64,000 nucleotides of DNA, taken from NCBI GenBank assembly GCA_963825525.1, contig CAWGTN010000003.1:32001-96000 (forward strand), written 5' to 3'. Numbering within the stretch: position 1 is the first letter of the stretch; each line of letters opens with the position of its first letter. Position numbers and translations under genes: made by a program. Positions 21,434 through 30,227 of this stretch are shown piece after piece. The notes under the pieces were generated by a model. The model ran no database searches and was not told where the DNA came from. It saw nothing but the letters and a program-made list of their open reading frames with translations. This stretch comes from an uncultured Chloroflexia bacterium (GTDB taxonomy: Bacteria > Chloroflexota > Limnocylindria > QHBO01).

Positions 21434-22213
21434 ATGTCCGATGATCCGCTGCGAGACCAGGCCGACGCGGCCATCGACGTCCTCCAGCGTGCGACCCCGC
21501 CTCACGTCATCACCGATCTCGTCCTCTACGGGTCTGCCGCCACCGGCCGCGTGCGCCCGGACAGCGACCTCGACCTCCTGGCCGTGACCGCGCGCCGCCT
21601 GGCCGATGACGAGAAGCGACGGATCGTGGCGGGGCTGCTGCCGATCTCGGGTCGGACGACGCGTCCGCCCGGGTGGCGACCGCTGGAGCTCACGATCGTT
21701 GCGATCTCCGAGGTGCGGCCATGGCGCTATCCACCGCACATGGAGCTCCAGTACGGGGAGTGGCTGCGGGAGGACTTCCTCGCCGGCAATATCGAGCTCA
21801 GGGGCCCCGAGAATCCGGACATCGCCATCCTGCTCACCGATGCTCGCATCTCGGGTCGTGCTCTCATCGGCCGCGCGCCGGCGGAGCTCTTCGATCCCGT
21901 CCCTGCCGACGACCTGGAGCGCGCGATGGTCGAAGGCATTCCCGGCCTCCTCGCCGACCTCGCGGACGACACTCGGAACGTGCTCCTGACGCTCGCCCGA
22001 ATCTGGACGACCCTCGTCACGGGCAGGATTCGATCGAAGGACGAAGCCGCCGACTGGGCGCTCGCGCGACTGCCGGCGCAGGATCGGCCGTTGCTCGAGC
22101 GTGCCCGCGACCTGTATCGGTCAGGTGGCTACGGACTGTGGCCGGAGGCCGATGGGATCCGTCGCCTGACGGACGCGATGATCGCCGCCATCACCGCGGC
22201 TCGGGACGCCTAG
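21434..22213 (+). CDS. Aminoglycoside adenylyltransferase-like (AadA/ANT(9) family) protein
   Basis: LYGSA..PDSDLDLL, RPLELTIV, WRYPP..QYGEWLR, DTRNVLLTLARIW, SKDEAADW. Confidence 0.88.
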   Translation: MSDDPLRDQADAAIDVLQRATPPHVITDLVLYGSAATGRVRPDSDLDLLAVTARRLADDEKRRIVAGLLPISGRTTRPPGWRPLELTIVAISEVRPWRYPPHMELQYGEWLREDFLAGNIELRGPENPDIAILLTDARISGRALIGRAPAELFDPVPADDLERAMVEGIPGLLADLADDTRNVLLTLARIWTTLVTGRIRSKDEAADWALARLPAQDRPLLERARDLYRSGGYGLWPEADGIRRLTDAMIAAITAARDA

Positions 22214-23634
22214 CGGCGCGGCGCGAATCGCCCGTGATCGTGGATGCCGATGACCCGCCCCGACTCGTCCCGGATGAAGTAGCCGCGCGCGCCGGCGTAC
22301 GGACCGGAGTGGACGACAAAGCGGTCGCCCGGGCCGGCGAGCATCCACAGGGGGATCGGATCCTCGTGCACGTCGACGTCCTCGCCGAGTTGGGCGATGA
22401 CCTCGGGCGTCGAGGTCGACTCCAGCAGCAGGTGGTCGTCATTCACCCGAATCGCATCGATGGTCGAGACCGTCGCGAAGGTGCCCTCGTATTCCGCGAG
22501 CTCCTCCGCGGAGCGAGGCTCGCCGATTGGATCGGCGTCCTGAATGCCCAGGTAGTGGGCGAGCGCCCATCGGCGCATGCGCCGATTGAACAGCGGGCCG
22601 TTCGGCTCGGCGTTCGTCATCGAGATGATCGCGAATCGACGGTCCGGGGCCATCGCAAAGCCCGAATACTGGCCAAGCGTCGATCCGCCATGGGCGACGA
22701 TTCGCTCACCGCCGATATCCGACAGAAGCCACGAGATGCCGACGGCGTCGCTCAGGTCCGAACCGTGTGACTCGGCCGTGGGTTGCTGCATCCGCTCAAT
22801 GAGCCGCCGGGGAACAACCTGGGCTCCATCGGCCGCTTTGCCGCCATCGAGGTGGAAGCGCGCCCATCGGATCTGGTCCGATGCAGTCGCCGACATGCCG
22901 CCCATCGGGTTCCCGCTGCGAGCCATGGCCCACGGGCGCAGAACCCGGACTGTGCCGTCCGGCTCGCAACGGTGGCCGACGACGAAGCGTCGCGTCATGA
23001 CGTCGTTCGGCATGAACATCGTCATGTGCAGTCCGACGGGATCGAGAACAAGCTCGCGGAGCGCGGTTTCATACGGCATGCCGCTGACCTTCTCGATCAC
23101 GCGGCCGGCGAGGGCGAGCGACGCGTTGTTGTACGACACGACAAAGCCGGGCGGCGTCAGCTGCCGAAGCTCAGTCATGTGCGTGACGTACCGGGCCAGC
23201 GCATCATCCCCGTCGCCGGTATCGGTGAAGTCATCTCCGTCCCAACCCGCGGTGTGGTTGAGCAGCTGGAGCACGGTGACGGCCTCGGCCACTTCCGGAT
23301 CACGAAGCACGAGCTCCGGAACGTAGGTGCGTACCGGAGCGTGGAGATCGACCTTGCCGGCGTCGACCAGTCTCAGGAGCGCAACCGCGGTGAACGTCTT
23401 CCCCGTGGAGCCGAACTGGAACAGCGTCGAGCCGTCGACGGGAAGCGGATTCTCGACGCTCGTCACGCCGTGGAAGGCGAAGCGCTCCTGCTCGTCGTGG
23501 AAGACGCCGACGGCCACACCGGGGATCCCGAGTTCCTCGGCCAGCTCGCGGACCTGGGTCTGAAGCTGCTCGTCGATGTCCGGATCATACGGTCTCGGCC
23601 CGGGCCGCAAGGCTCGGTGGCACCGTTCTGACAT
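22210..23634 (-). CDS. Serine hydrolase (beta-lactamase / AmpC-like family)
   Basis: FGSTGK (SxxK), LLNHTAG, SYNN, HGGS. Confidence 0.88.
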   Translation of the reverse strand: MSERCHRALRPGPRPYDPDIDEQLQTQVRELAEELGIPGVAVGVFHDEQERFAFHGVTSVENPLPVDGSTLFQFGSTGKTFTAVALLRLVDAGKVDLHAPVRTYVPELVLRDPEVAEAVTVLQLLNHTAGWDGDDFTDTGDGDDALARYVTHMTELRQLTPPGFVVSYNNASLALAGRVIEKVSGMPYETALRELVLDPVGLHMTMFMPNDVMTRRFVVGHRCEPDGTVRVLRPWAMARSGNPMGGMSATASDQIRWARFHLDGGKAADGAQVVPRRLIERMQQPTAESHGSDLSDAVGISWLLSDIGGERIVAHGGSTLGQYSGFAMAPDRRFAIISMTNAEPNGPLFNRRMRRWALAHYLGIQDADPIGEPRSAEELAEYEGTFATVSTIDAIRVNDDHLLLESTSTPEVIAQLGEDVDVHEDPIPLWMLAGPGDRFVVHSGPYAGARGYFIRDESGRVIGIHDHGRFAPRR

Positions 23635-23640
23635 ATGACC

Positions 23641-23755
23641 GCTGAGAGCGACATTAGCCGGCCGCCGCGGTGATCCGGCCAGGAATCCACGCTCAGCTCT
23701 GCGGGTTCATCGGCTCCGCGGCTTGCTAGTGCGAACCACAACTGCAGTTGTCAAC
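23641..23755. repeat. Intergenic repeat family A, copy 4 (degenerate)
   Basis: CATTAGC ending at 23658 / GCTAGTGCGAACC from 23725, 66-nt spacer, TCCACGCTC. Confidence 0.7.
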
Positions 23756-23914
23756 GAGAGGCGGCGCCCCGGGATTCGCCAGGTCATCTGCGGGATTCGG
23801 ACCGGGAGGACGCCCCGAAACCATAGGGTCGCGCGGAATTTCGCTTGTCGTCCAGCTCGCCGATGCTCGACTCCGAGATCGCCCGGAGGATCCGGCGACT
23901 GAAAGGAGCGAGAG

Positions 23915-24145
23915 ATGACTCAGGTACCCAAGACGGTTCGCGCAATTCCGCAGACCGTGATCGTTCTCCTGGCCGCTGCACTGATGACGGTCGTCATCAT
24001 CAGCGCGATGCTGGTAGCAGGCACGCCGAACCTCTTCGGCGACCCGGGACCCGGGGCGAACCCCAGATCCCCGAGCCCAGCGCTTCTGGCGGCAGAGCGC
24101 GAGTGGGAGCGGCAGCGCATCCTGCAGATGAGCGGTCGCCCGTAG
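23915..24145 (+). CDS. Small membrane/secreted protein
   Basis: AAAGGAG RBS; one hydrophobic helix; C-terminal EREWERQR; followed by a hairpin. Confidence 0.75.
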   Translation: MTQVPKTVRAIPQTVIVLLAAALMTVVIISAMLVAGTPNLFGDPGPGANPRSPSPALLAAEREWERQRILQMSGRP

Positions 24146-24161
24146 CGCGTTCCCTCCGACG

Positions 24162-24195
24162 ATCCCGGTCGCGATCACCGTATCGCGGCCGGGAT
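24162..24195 (+). terminator. Hairpin, probable terminator
   Basis: ATCCCGGTCGCGAT-CACCGT-ATCGCGGCCGGGAT. Confidence 0.6.
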
Positions 24196-24345
24196 ATTCT
24201 GTGCGCCCGACACTCAGACCGTGATGACCGAGAGTGAGCGCGTCACAGGCGTCGAACTGGCGGAGCGTGGCTCAGACGTGGTGCGCGAACGCGTCGTCGC
24301 GCATCGATTTTTCGTCATGGTCGTGGATCATCGGCGACGAAGGCC

Positions 24346-24627
24346 CTACTCGCGCCCGACCGACGTGATCTCGATGTCGATGATCTCGCCCATGCCGACG
24401 CCCGCCGCTTTCCTCATGGCCTTGCTGACGCTCAACGCGAGACGCCCGCGGCCGGCGGGCATGACATTCGAGGCGAAGTCGGCGCCGCCGATGGTGCCGC
24501 GCACCCTCTGCTGCTTCAGGCCACCGATCGCCGCGATGTGCTCGCTCTCGATGTCGGCCACCGCCAGGCCGCTGTCCTTCTCCGGATTCCAGTAGCGGAG
24601 CAGCGCCCGGAAGCGAATCGGCTCCAC
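24346..24627 (-). CDS. DUF1905-like small protein
   Basis: RVRGTIGG..SNVMPAGRG.LALSVSKAMRKAAGVG.GE. Confidence 0.75.
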   Translation of the reverse strand: MEPIRFRALLRYWNPEKDSGLAVADIESEHIAAIGGLKQQRVRGTIGGADFASNVMPAGRGRLALSVSKAMRKAAGVGMGEIIDIEITSVGRE

Positions 24628-24641
24628 TGATCGGGCGCCGA

Positions 24642-24716
24642 CTACTTCGGTGCCGAGGCCTTCTTCTTTTTCTGCTTCTTGTCCTTGCTCTTGGATCCCG
24701 GTCCCTTGTCGCCCAT
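24642..24716 (-). CDS. 24-aa lysine-rich micro-protein MGDKGPGSKSKDKKQKKKKASAPK
   Basis: ATG 24716 to TAG 24642 with a GGAGGA RBS upstream; below the ORF track cutoff. Confidence 0.6.
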   Translation of the reverse strand: MGDKGPGSKSKDKKQKKKKASAPK

Positions 24717-24811
24717 CTTGCGGTGTCCTCCGCTACAGCGGGGTCGGCGCGACGCGTCGGCCTGCCATCGGTATCGTGCGCCGTCGGGTCAAGGCCCTGC
24801 ACAGGGCGCGT

Positions 24812-24995
24812 CCCTCGATATATCGAGGCGTCGTTCACATGAGGGCCGATTGACGCGTCGATCCCGCGATCTATCGAGCGCGCGAGAGCGTGAGACGTAC
24901 CCTGGCGCGCGCGCTCATGCCCACACGCACTCGATCTATCGAGGATTTGACGCGCGCCGAGGACCACAGGCGCATTCCCTTCGATAGATCGACGG
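24812..24995. repeat. Intergenic repeat family B, copy 1
   Basis: Four TCGA-N4-TCGA-like boxes starting at 24815, 24866, 24931, 24981. Confidence 0.8.
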
Positions 24996-25071
24996 GATGA
25001 GCCGCTCGCGCCACCGCGCGGCATGGCCAAACGGGACCTCCGGCACATGCCTGACGGGCCGCTCGGCACTG

Positions 25072-25087
25072 ATGCGCATCTGCGCAT
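25072..25087. promoter_or_regulatory. Candidate ArsR operator ATGCGCA-TC-TGCGCAT
   Basis: Perfect 7-2-7 dyad just upstream of the arsR-like gene. Confidence 0.6.
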
Positions 25088-25105
25088 GTGCGAGATGGTG
25101 TCGCC

Positions 25106-25465
25106 ATGGACGACATCTACGAGATCCAGGCGGATGTGCTTCGAGCGCTCAGCAACGCGCGGCGGCTCGAGATCATCCACTGGCTGGCCCAGGGTCCATG
25201 CGACGTCGGAACGCTCGCCGACCGCATGGCGATTGCCCAGCCGAACCTCAGCCAGCACCTGGCGCTCATGCGTTCGACCGGCATCGTCGAGGGGGAGCGG
25301 CGGGGCCGCGAGATCCGCTATCGGCTCATCGACCCGGACATCGTTCGGGCCTGCGGCCTGATGCGCGGGGTGATCGAGCGTCGGGTTGCCCGTCTGGCCG
25401 ATGCCACCCGGACGACCGGATCCGTCCCGCTTGCCGCGCCCCACTCGACGACCACACAGAGGTAG
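25106..25465 (+). CDS. ArsR/SmtB-family regulator
   Basis: QADVLRALSNARRLEII..QPNLSQHLALMR..GREIRYRL; two Cys. Confidence 0.9.
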   Translation: MDDIYEIQADVLRALSNARRLEIIHWLAQGPCDVGTLADRMAIAQPNLSQHLALMRSTGIVEGERRGREIRYRLIDPDIVRACGLMRGVIERRVARLADATRTTGSVPLAAPHSTTTQR

Positions 25466-25470
25466 CTCCC

Positions 25471-25884
25471 ATGGACGAACCGCTTGCCATCTCACTCTTC
25501 TCCGGCACCGACGACAAGCTGCAGGCAGCCGCGGTCCTGACCGCGGGCGCGGCGGCGGTCGGACGGCCGGTCCACATCTTTCTCCAGTACTGGGGCCTTG
25601 ACGCGTTTCGTGCCAACGGCGCGTCGCGTGAACGACTCCTTGCGCCCGAGGCCGGACCCGAGGGTCTTGCCGCGGTCGAAGCGCTCGCTGCCGCCGGACA
25701 GGCCAGCTGGCGCGACACGCTGGCGCAGGCGAAGGAGATCGGCGCTGTCGATATCCAGGCCTGCTCCCTCTCGATGGATCTTCTCAACCTGGGTCCCGAC
25801 GACCTCGACCCGATGGTCGATGGCGTCGAGGGCGTGACCGCCTTCTGGCTGGCCGCGTCCGAGGGCCAGGTGCTGTTCATCTAA
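25471..25884 (+). CDS. DsrE/DsrF/DrsH-like sulfur carrier protein
   Basis: FSGTDDKL, IFLQYWGL, QACSLSMDL, LFI C-terminus. Confidence 0.88.
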   Translation: MDEPLAISLFSGTDDKLQAAAVLTAGAAAVGRPVHIFLQYWGLDAFRANGASRERLLAPEAGPEGLAAVEALAAAGQASWRDTLAQAKEIGAVDIQACSLSMDLLNLGPDDLDPMVDGVEGVTAFWLAASEGQVLFI

Positions 25885-25895
25885 GGAGTTACGAC

Positions 25896-26129
25896 ATGAC
25901 CATTGCCATTTCGCAATCACTGGACGCGCGAAACCTCTCGTGCCCGATGCCGATCGTGAAGACCGCCATCGCCATCAAGACGCTCGCCTCTGGCGACGTC
26001 CTGGAGGTGCTCGCGACCGATCCCGGATCGGTCAAGGACTTCGACGCCTGGTCGAAGGTCACCGGGAACGAGCTCATCGAATCCGACGCGCAGGACGGCG
26101 TCTTCCGCTTCGTCCTGCGCAAGAAGTGA
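25896..26129 (+). CDS. TusA-family sulfurtransferase
   Basis: LDARNLSCPMPIVK..ATDPGSVKDF. Confidence 0.92.
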   Translation: MTIAISQSLDARNLSCPMPIVKTAIAIKTLASGDVLEVLATDPGSVKDFDAWSKVTGNELIESDAQDGVFRFVLRKK

Positions 26130-26139
26130 GGCACCCACG

Positions 26140-26718
26140 ATGACAGTCACCACCCGTGACCCAGACATCACTCGCAACGCCGAAACTCCGCCCGACGCGG
26201 AAGCTGAGGCCGCCGCGACCCTCCTGAGCGAGCACCCGGCCAAGACCAACTCGCTGGTGATCATCGCCGAGAGCGGTGACCTCGAGAAGACCTGGGCAAC
26301 CACCATCATGGCGTCCACTGCGGCCGCCTCCGGGATGGAGGTCTCGATCTTCTTCACCTTCTGGGGCTTCTTCCCGCTCGTACGGCCCGAGAAGCGGATC
26401 ACCGGCACCAACTGGATGCAGCGGGCGCTTTCGATCATGAACCGACCGGGCATCGACCACCTGAAGCTCAGCCGCATGAACTTCATGGGCATGGGCCCCT
26501 GGATGATGAAGCGACTCGCGCGCCAGTACGGCGTCGCGTCGCCCGGCGAGCTGCTCACCGCGGCCCAGGCGATGGGCGTGAAGCTCCTGCCCTGCCAGAT
26601 GAGCATGGACCTGCTCGGCTTCTCCCGCGACGACCTGATCGATGGGCTGGAAGAGCCCGTCGGCGCTGCCACCGTGCTCCAGCTGATCGCCAGCGGCACG
26701 CCGGCCATCTTCATCTGA
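26140..26718 (+). CDS. DsrE2-like sulfur carrier protein
   Basis: FFTFWG, LKLSRMNFMGMG, PCQMSMDL. Confidence 0.9.
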   Translation: MTVTTRDPDITRNAETPPDAEAEAAATLLSEHPAKTNSLVIIAESGDLEKTWATTIMASTAAASGMEVSIFFTFWGFFPLVRPEKRITGTNWMQRALSIMNRPGIDHLKLSRMNFMGMGPWMMKRLARQYGVASPGELLTAAQAMGVKLLPCQMSMDLLGFSRDDLIDGLEEPVGAATVLQLIASGTPAIFI

Positions 26719-26730
26719 AAGGACGAGATC

Positions 26731-26979
26731 ATGATTCAGACCGATACCCAGGCATTCACGCGCACGATCGACGCCCGCGGCAGCTACTGCCCGGGGCCGC
26801 TCATGGAGCTCATCCGTGCGATCCGTGAAGGCTCGGCCGGCGACGTCATCGCCGTGCAGTCCTCGGACAACGGATCCCGAATCGATATTCCCAAGTGGGT
26901 GGAAAAGGCGGGCCATCGGCTCATCGGCGTCACCCAACGCGACGGCTACGACGAGATCGTGGTCGAGCAGAAGCGCTAG
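26731..26979 (+). CDS. TusA-family sulfurtransferase (second copy)
   Basis: IDARGSYCPGPLMELI. Confidence 0.92.
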   Translation: MIQTDTQAFTRTIDARGSYCPGPLMELIRAIREGSAGDVIAVQSSDNGSRIDIPKWVEKAGHRLIGVTQRDGYDEIVVEQKR

Positions 26980-26989
26980 GAGGCTCTTG

Positions 26990-28147
26990 ATGAAGCACGT
27001 TGTAGTGGTCGGTGGCGGGGTCGGGGGAACCCTGTCCGCCAACCTCATGTCCCGAAAGCTCTCGCGCGAGATCGACCGTGGCGACGTCAGCGTCACCGTG
27101 GTGGACATCGCCGGTGAGCACGTCTACCAGCCCGGCTACATGTACATCGCCATGGGCAACCAGAAGCCCGAGGGTCTGATTCGCCCCGAGCGAGGCCTTC
27201 TCGATCGGCGCGTGCGGCTCGAAGTTGGCGAGGTGACGCGCATCGACGAGGCGTCCCAGCTCGTGGAGCTGGCCAGCGGAGCTCGTCTGCCGTACGACGA
27301 GCTCGTTCTGTCGCCGGGGGCTCGAATCCTCCCTGAGCTGATCGACAACTTCGCCGAGGAGGCGCATCACTTCTATGGCCCGGAGGCTGCCCAGCGCCTC
27401 CGCGAGGCACTCGACGCGTTCGAGGGCGGCAAGATCGTCATCGGCATCGCCGGGATGCCCTACAAATGCCCGCCCGCGCCACTCGAGGTTGCATTCCTCA
27501 TCGAGTCCGAGCTGCGCGATCGCGGCCTGCGCGACAAGAGCGAGCTGCACTTCTGCTCGCCCATCGGCCGCGCCTTCACGATCGAGACCGTCAGCGACAT
27601 GGCGACACCGATCCTGGCCGAGAAGGGGATCGAGCTCCACACCTTCTTCAACGTCGAGACGATCAATCGCGAGCGGAAGGTCGTCGAAAGCCTGGAAGGA
27701 GAGGAGCTGCCGTACGACCTCCTGATCCTCGTGCCGCCGCATCGCGGTGCGCAGTTCCTCATCGACTCGGGACTTGCCCCTGCGCCGGGCGGATGGCTCC
27801 CGACCGACAAGCACACCCTCGAGGTCGGCGGGCGCGAGAACATCCACGCGCTGGGCGATGCCACGGACCTCCCGCTTTCCAAGGCCGGCTCAACGGCGCA
27901 CTTCGAGGCTCCGATCGTTGCTGAGCGCGTCTCGGCCGCCATCCAGGATCGTCAGCCTGACGGGAAGCACGCCGAGTACACCGGCAAGGTCATGTGCTTC
28001 TTCGAGGTCGGCGACGGGAAGGGGACCCTGCTCCAGTTCGACTACGACAACCCGCCGAAGCCGCCCACGCCGAACCGGCTGTGGCACCTCGGCAAGGTGG
28101 CGTTCAACAAGGCGTACTGGATGACCGTTCCGCGCGGTCGCGTCTGA
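26990..28147 (+). CDS. Sulfide:quinone oxidoreductase-like flavoprotein
   Basis: GGGVGG, HVYQPG, YKCPPAPLE, GDATDLP.SKAGS, YTGKVMCF. Confidence 0.85.
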   Translation: MKHVVVVGGGVGGTLSANLMSRKLSREIDRGDVSVTVVDIAGEHVYQPGYMYIAMGNQKPEGLIRPERGLLDRRVRLEVGEVTRIDEASQLVELASGARLPYDELVLSPGARILPELIDNFAEEAHHFYGPEAAQRLREALDAFEGGKIVIGIAGMPYKCPPAPLEVAFLIESELRDRGLRDKSELHFCSPIGRAFTIETVSDMATPILAEKGIELHTFFNVETINRERKVVESLEGEELPYDLLILVPPHRGAQFLIDSGLAPAPGGWLPTDKHTLEVGGRENIHALGDATDLPLSKAGSTAHFEAPIVAERVSAAIQDRQPDGKHAEYTGKVMCFFEVGDGKGTLLQFDYDNPPKPPTPNRLWHLGKVAFNKAYWMTVPRGRV

Positions 28148-28164
28148 GCGGCGTTGCGCACCGA

Positions 28165-29163
28165 TCAGACCGTGACGATCACCTTGCCGCGAGCGCGCAT
28201 CGTCTCGAGGTACCGAATGGCATCGGCCGTCTCGGCCAGGGGATAGCAGCGGTCGATGACCGACCGAATGGTCCCTGCCTCGGCGAGCTCCTTCATGAAC
28301 AGCAGATCGTCGCGCTTGATGTCGGTCAGCATGGAGCCCAGCCGCCGATCACCGAAGCGGGAGATCTGTTGCGCCGAGAGCATGCGAGCGATCGGGCCGA
28401 TCCAGTCGCCCTTCGATGCACCCACCCCGACCAGGCGGCCGCGCGGCGAGAGCACCCGCCGCATGGCCAGCAGCGAGTGGTTGGCCGCGTTGTCGATGAT
28501 GAGGTCATAGCGCTGGCGCTCGCGCGTGAAGTTCGTCGTCGTGTAGTCGATGACGTGGTCCGCTCCGAGCGACCGCACCAGATCCACGTTCCCCGCGCTG
28601 CAGACGCCGGTGACCTCCGCGCCGAAATGCTTCGCCAGCTGGACGGCGTAGGTGCCGACACCGCCCGAGGCGCCGTTGATGAGGACTCGCTCACCACCCT
28701 TGATGTCGCCGTGCTCACGGAGCGCCTGAAGGGCCGTGACGGCGGCAACCGGGATGGCCGCAGCCTCCGACGGGGTCATATTGGCGGGAGCGTGCACGAA
28801 GAGCCGCTCCGGCCCGCAGACATACTCGGCGCAGGCCCGCGTCTTCTCGCCGAAGACCTCGTCACCTGGTTGCACCATCGTCACGTCGCGGCCCACCGCC
28901 TCGACCACTCCGGCAACGTCGATGCCGGGGATGTTGCGCTTCGGGGTGCGCCATCCCGAGGTCGTCCGGACGATGTACGGCTTGCCGCGCAGCACGTGCC
29001 AGTCGAGCGGATTCACTGCGGCGGCACGCACCCGGACGAGAACGTCGCCGGCGCCCGGGATCGGCTTCGGCACGTGCTCCACCCGAAGGATGTCGGGCGA
29101 CCCATACCTGCGGTACACGATCGCCTTCATGGACTCGGCGGAGCTCGGGTTCTCGATCGTCAT
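28165..29163 (-). CDS. NAD(P)-dependent alcohol dehydrogenase / quinone reductase (MDR family)
   Basis: AAVNPLDW, INGASGGVG, ARGKVIV. Confidence 0.9.
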   Translation of the reverse strand: MTIENPSSAESMKAIVYRRYGSPDILRVEHVPKPIPGAGDVLVRVRAAAVNPLDWHVLRGKPYIVRTTSGWRTPKRNIPGIDVAGVVEAVGRDVTMVQPGDEVFGEKTRACAEYVCGPERLFVHAPANMTPSEAAAIPVAAVTALQALREHGDIKGGERVLINGASGGVGTYAVQLAKHFGAEVTGVCSAGNVDLVRSLGADHVIDYTTTNFTRERQRYDLIIDNAANHSLLAMRRVLSPRGRLVGVGASKGDWIGPIARMLSAQQISRFGDRRLGSMLTDIKRDDLLFMKELAEAGTIRSVIDRCYPLAETADAIRYLETMRARGKVIVTV

Positions 29164-29186
29164 CGGCCTCTCTGGTGGTGGTTCGT

Positions 29187-29222
29187 TCGTACGCTGTAAG
29201 ACGCTACTCGTACGGTGTAAGA
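29187..29222. promoter_or_regulatory. Tandem TetR operator candidates
   Basis: TCGTACGCTGTAAGA (29187-29201) and TCGTACGGTGTAAGA (29208-29222), imperfect dyads between divergent genes. Confidence 0.7.
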
Positions 29223-29230
29223 TTGTCAAC

Positions 29231-29905
29231 ATGCCAGCCAGAACGCCATCCCGTACCAGCCCGCGGCCGGCGATGAGTCGCGAGCGGGTGATGGAGGCTG
29301 CCATCGGCCTGGCCGACGAAGCGGGGATCGGCTCACTGAGCATGCGCAGGCTGGCCCAGGAGCTCGGCGTGGAGGCGATGACCCTCTACTACTACGTCGC
29401 CAACAAGAACGAGATCCTCGACGGGATCGTCGACATGGTGGTCGCCGAGATGGAACTGCCGCCCGCCGGCGCGGAGTGGAAGGCGGCGGTGCGCCGGACC
29501 GCGACCTCGGCGCACGAGGTCCTCCAGGCCCATCCCTGGGCGGCGGGCCTGCTGCTGTCGCCGTCGCGCGTCAGCCAGGCCAGGCTGCGCTGGATCGATG
29601 CGCTGCTCGGGACGTTGCGCGGGGCCGGCTTCTCGGCGGAGATGACCGACCACGCCTATCACGCGCTCGACAGCCACATCATGGGATTCACGCTGTGGGT
29701 GGTGGGGATGGATCTCAACGGCGGGACCGACCTGGAGGCACTGGCCACCGAGTTCCTTGCACAGCTGCCCCGCAGCGAGATGCCGCACCTTGCCGAGCAC
29801 GTGGAGCAGCACCTCAAGCCACGCGAGGCCGATGACGAAGGCGACTTCGTCTTCGGATTGGACCTCATCCTCGATGGACTCGAGCGGATCCTCATCGCGG
29901 CCTGA
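29231..29905 (+). CDS. TetR/AcrR-family regulator
   Basis: SRERVMEAAIGLADEAG..SMRRLAQELGVEAMTLYYYV; FVFGLDLILDGL. Confidence 0.92.
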   Translation: MPARTPSRTSPRPAMSRERVMEAAIGLADEAGIGSLSMRRLAQELGVEAMTLYYYVANKNEILDGIVDMVVAEMELPPAGAEWKAAVRRTATSAHEVLQAHPWAAGLLLSPSRVSQARLRWIDALLGTLRGAGFSAEMTDHAYHALDSHIMGFTLWVVGMDLNGGTDLEALATEFLAQLPRSEMPHLAEHVEQHLKPREADDEGDFVFGLDLILDGLERILIAA

Positions 29906-29923
29906 GGCCCTCGGGATCGGGCG

Positions 29924-30105
29924 TCTCGATATTTCGATGAGTTTTCCACCGGGATGGGTGCCGAGGCGCGCTTCCCGCGATCTATCGAGGGCTACCGAGC
30001 GTGAGATGCGCATCGGCGTGCAGTTTCTCGCGCACACCCACTCGATCTATCGAGGATTCGGCGCGCTTACAGGCTCCCATGCGAACACCCCTCGATCTGT
30101 CGAAG
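29924..30105. repeat. Intergenic repeat family B, copy 2
   Basis: Boxes at 29926, 29977, 30042, 30092; nearly identical to 34521-34665. Confidence 0.85.
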
Positions 30106-30227
30106 GTCTCTGCGGCCTCTGCCGACGATCACCTCCAGACGCCCTCGCCGGTGCTGAGTCGATGCAATCAGAGGTGACAAGGCTCCACCTTGGCGGGCAT
30201 GTGACGTGAAGTCGCGATAATGAGCGC

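Noticed and set aside
23738-23751. Palindrome ACAACTGCAGTTGT as another operator of the XRE-TPR regulator
   Set aside because: Half-site spacing is 2 nt rather than 3 and it lies at the edge of repeat A copy 4; cannot be supported
24812-30105. Regularly spaced TCGATCTATCGA boxes as a CRISPR array
   Set aside because: Boxes are only 12 nt, spacing is unequal (51/65/50), intervening sequences are shared between copies, and no cas genes are present
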